DNA of 63,683 bases, filler included, from Octopus bimaculoides (Eukaryota): NCBI RefSeq assembly GCF_001194135.2. It is 4 parts of 4 records of this genome, joined end to end, with 100 filler letters (N's around TTAATTAATTAA, not from the genome) between each part and the next. Parts side by side here need not be neighbours in the genome. Positions count along the whole stretch, not along the records: positions 35,276 to 60,559 come from NC_068982.1; positions 60,660 to 63,683 come from NC_069000.1; 2 more parts are not named here. The stretch is one strand, 5' to 3'. Positions 60,196 through 63,683 of the stretch are shown one piece after another. Below the pieces are notes generated by a model, which saw nothing but the letters and a program-made list of their open reading frames with translations, had not been told where the DNA came from and made no database searches. The translations under genes were made by a program, and so were the position numbers. The stretch's first letter is position 1, and each line of letters opens with the position of its first letter.

Positions 60196-62509
60196 AATTG
60201 TTGCTTATTGGTACTTGGAAACTTTTACGATAATTAAAATGGGGCTTAAATGAAAAAAATTCACACAGCGAATATACCACATTATTGTTTCACTGTTATA
60301 TACACAGATATACATTGACGCATATCAGTCAAAAAGTGAAAGTGTAATAGTAATACTTACTTTAACACTCAATGGTTTTACACTTTTGTATATGTCATGT
60401 ACATACTATTCATGTAAGTGCTTCTTCATATACTATGTTTTCTGTCTTGCCATGTTTATCACTGAGAATGTAGAGGTTCTTTTCATCTCCAACTCTAGAA
60501 CATCCAACATACAGCTGACCATGTGAGAAGCAAGGTTGAAGGAGGTTAAGTCCCACCACNNNNNNNNNNNNNNNNNNNNNNNNNNNNNNNNNNNNNNNNN
60601 NNNTTAATTAATTAANNNNNNNNNNNNNNNNNNNNNNNNNNNNNNNNNNNNNNNNNNNNTACAATTTAATTATTACATTTATTGTTCAATTACATACAAA
60701 GAACGCACTCACCCAATGTTCGTTATGAATAAACAAAAGTCATGTCCGCCATATATATATCAATGACATTTTACCACGACAGTCCCACAAGACAACAACA
60801 ATGAAACAATGAACTCAGACGAACCACATGACACACGGAACGTCAGACGAATTACATATCTAACAGTCCATATAACAATATAATTAAGAATTTGGAGCAC
60901 TAATCCAAAAGTTATGTTCGAACTCAAACAAGTGTGATTGTATTTTCCATTTACAAAACTGCTACATTTTACCTGAAATCTAATGTAATAAACATAGCTA
61001 GTTACTTACTTGTTTTTCTCTTTCTCTTCCTTCTCTTCCTTTCTCAATCTCATTCACTCTCTCTCTCTCTTTCTCCTCTTATTCACTCTCAGTTTTTTTT
61101 ATCTATATGTGTATATTTCCACACATGTAACCGCGCGCATATGTGTACATGTGTATTATTAATTCATAATAATATAAATTATTTACATTTTTACGAAGCA
61201 GTTTGCCTTGTATTACAATTTTCTTATTGTTAAATAAAATTTCATCAAACTATTTCTGTCATTTATTAATTTATACACTCCTTGCTGTTTTCTCTTGAAT
61301 CGTATTATTTATTCTATGTTTTGTAGAATGATATATCAAGGGGCTGTTTTTGGACTAGTATCGGATTACTTGAATCCATATATTGTGACATTCATATATG
61401 TGTGTTTGCGCGTGTGTGTGTGCACATGACACTTAGTTCCTTTTTTGTTCTTTCTTTTATGTAAAATAACGCCTTATCCAGGCATTTATATTCGGGATGT
61501 AACTGTCTGAATAAGACATTTTCCAAGAAACATTACCTCATGTTCTGCTTCAGTTTTCCTTTTTGCTCAGGAAATGAATGTTAACGGAAAGAATAAAATT
61601 TTTATCATTGATAAACATTATTGTTCCCCAATAAAAATTAGTTAGTTATCAGAATGGGTCAGTCTCAGCAGATATTGTTGGAGCTGAGCGTGAAACGAAG
61701 AATACTTTCGTTGGTAGAAAGAAAATAAATAAATAGATAAATAAATAAATAAAATAAAACATTAGAATCACTGAACCAGAATACCGTGTCCACGACTTTG
61801 CTGTATTCTCCAAACAGTGAACCTGGCTTTTCCTGAGCGAAATGTTAACATGGAAAAAACTCTTGAATCTTGAGATTATCTCCCCGTCTTAAGTGGAGTT
61901 GGACTGAATTACCATTTGATAATTATGACACATCCTTTAGAAGCTGTGTTAATTTTAACAAGTCAAGAATTTATGTTGTATGGTATCTAATATACCAGTA
62001 TTTGCCTAGGTACTAAGGTATGTGTATAGTATACGCCTAAATAGGCAAATTCGGGGGAAATCCATGCATGACTTGGTTCTTTACGAAATAAATTATGTGG
62101 ATCCTTAAAATGTCACTTTTTATAGCAAATCCATCGAATACTTTTGTAGGGAGGCTAAAAGACAATCGAGGAACTAAATTGGAAGCAATTTACAACAGTA
62201 TTTATCAATGTATGTCAGCACAAGCCACTTCAGCATGAAACCTTGCCACCTCAAACTGAGATTGATGATTTCACATGAAGACAATCACTTCAAAGTGGGA
62301 ATTGTAATTTCAAAGGGAGATTAACGCGTAATTTAATAGAGAAAAGAATCTAAACATTATAAAATCATTAGGAAATTAGGAAATTACTTATTGCATTACT
62401 GATTTCTTGTGATTGAAAAACAGTCGTTTTACATTTTGTCTTGTTTGCACATCGAAAAAATTTACTAGATTATGCAAATAATAATAAATGCGTCCTTCTG
62501 AAGCCTAGC

Positions 62510-62737
62510 CAAGCTCATGGGCCCGGTTTCCCGGTTTCAATGGCGTATGTGTTCCCCAGCTGGACGGGACGCCAGTCCATCGCAGCGTTACTCATTTTTG
62601 CTAGCTGAGGGAACTGGAGCAACGTGAAATGAAGTGATTTTCTCAAGAACACAACGAGTCGTCCGGTCCAGGAATCGAAACCACAATCTTACGATCATGA
62701 TGTTGACACCTTAACCACTAGGCCATGCGCCTCCACG
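62510..62737 (-). mobile_element. tRNA-derived SINE with CORE-like and V-like domains (partial copy at 44222-44330)
   Basis: Minus strand: GTGGAGGCGCATGGCCTAGTGGTT...GGTTTCGATTCCTGG...GTGTTCTTGAG...GCGATGGACTGGCGTCCCGTCCAG. Confidence 0.7.
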
Positions 62738-63683
62738 GATTATGCAAAGCTGAATGTAAATTTGATCAATTGAATTTATTTTCTAAAGTACGAGGAGAGG
62801 GTATATGAATTTTTCAATGGCTTCAGAACATGTAATTTATATATAGTCTATATGCAATTCACTTGCTATGGAGAATACAAAAAATTGCTCATTAACCACG
62901 TAAAAGAAGAGAAACCAAACATTTAATACTCCTATAAAATATCTGGGTAAAGAGAGTTAGAAAAATGTCGTTTTTATTGACTCATTGAAGAGTTAAGTCA
63001 ATTTAAGTTTTGTTTAAGTGGAATATGCTCCGAAATCTACCTTTGAAGTTACATGTGCTCACTTAGAAAGAGTTATTCTTATGTTGAAGTGATGTGCTCT
63101 TTATTAATATTGATTTCGATTCGTATTGTACACTGACAATTGAATCTGGCCGTCAAGAAATTCTGCTTCGATCCGTTAACTATTTAATAAGAAAAGAGAG
63201 AAAGACAGCGAGTAATGTAGTCTGGGAAATGTTTTGCGTTTAGAAAAGACTGAATGGTTACAGTTGGAAAGTCTTTGGCCATAAGTTTCTTTAATTTGGG
63301 CTGATATGGAGTTAACGTATTATCTCTTATAACAAAAGTTTCAATATAAATTACCATGCATACAATTGAAAATCGAATCGGAGCGTCAAATAATTTCGTA
63401 AAATATTTTATTCAAACCGTTATAAAGGGGAATTACCAGTATGGATCATACGGCATCTTTATTAAGTTCAATAATGGGTGGGATGGGGAAATAAAGAATG
63501 GAAGTTCGTTTCGTAACCAAATGGTTTCGGGTTCAGCCTCATTGCGCGACACTTCGAGCAAGTGTCTTCTTGTATAGTCCCGGGACGACTAATGACTTGT
63601 GAGAGAATTTGATAGACAGAAATTGTGTGAAAGCTTTATTTATCTGTTTAAATCTTTATATGCGTGTGTGTGTGTGTGTGTGT

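Noticed and set aside
1-63683. CRISPR arrays, rRNA genes or prokaryotic operons
   Set aside because: No regular repeat-spacer array or rRNA-like sequence; the DNA is intron-containing eukaryotic sequence.

Overview
AT-rich, gapped, repeat-dense animal genomic DNA. The SINE and microsatellite content points to an octopus or related cephalopod (inference). One host gene is supported: a three-exon goosecoid (gsc) homeobox gene on the + strand (19352-19688, 31029-31237, 32191-32421), with an eh1 motif (FTIDNIL), a K50 paired-class homeodomain and phase-compatible GT-AG introns. It may have a long Ser/Gly and Gln/His N-terminal extension. The rest is mostly tRNA-derived SINEs, LINE relics (R4/Dong-type, RTE, L1/Tx1), a DD34D mariner relic and simple repeats. 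Two features stand out beyond routine annotation. (1) Several type I hammerhead-ribozyme motifs with palindromic stem III (12879-13006 -, 14142-14230 +, 46148-46199 -, 46926-46976 +), plus decayed copies, occur without any Penelope RT ORF, suggesting non-autonomous Penelope-like or retrozyme-like elements. (2) Two diverged ORF1-only (half-LINE-like) retroelements encode a CCHC zinc-knuckle protein and share a covarying 3' stem-loop tail with a local SINE family; one of them is nested inside a SINE head. N-TTAATTAATTAA-N spacers at about 17.7, 35.2 and 60.6 kb look like scaffold joins, so linkage across them is unverified. All structures were read and paired by eye; no searches or folding programs were run.
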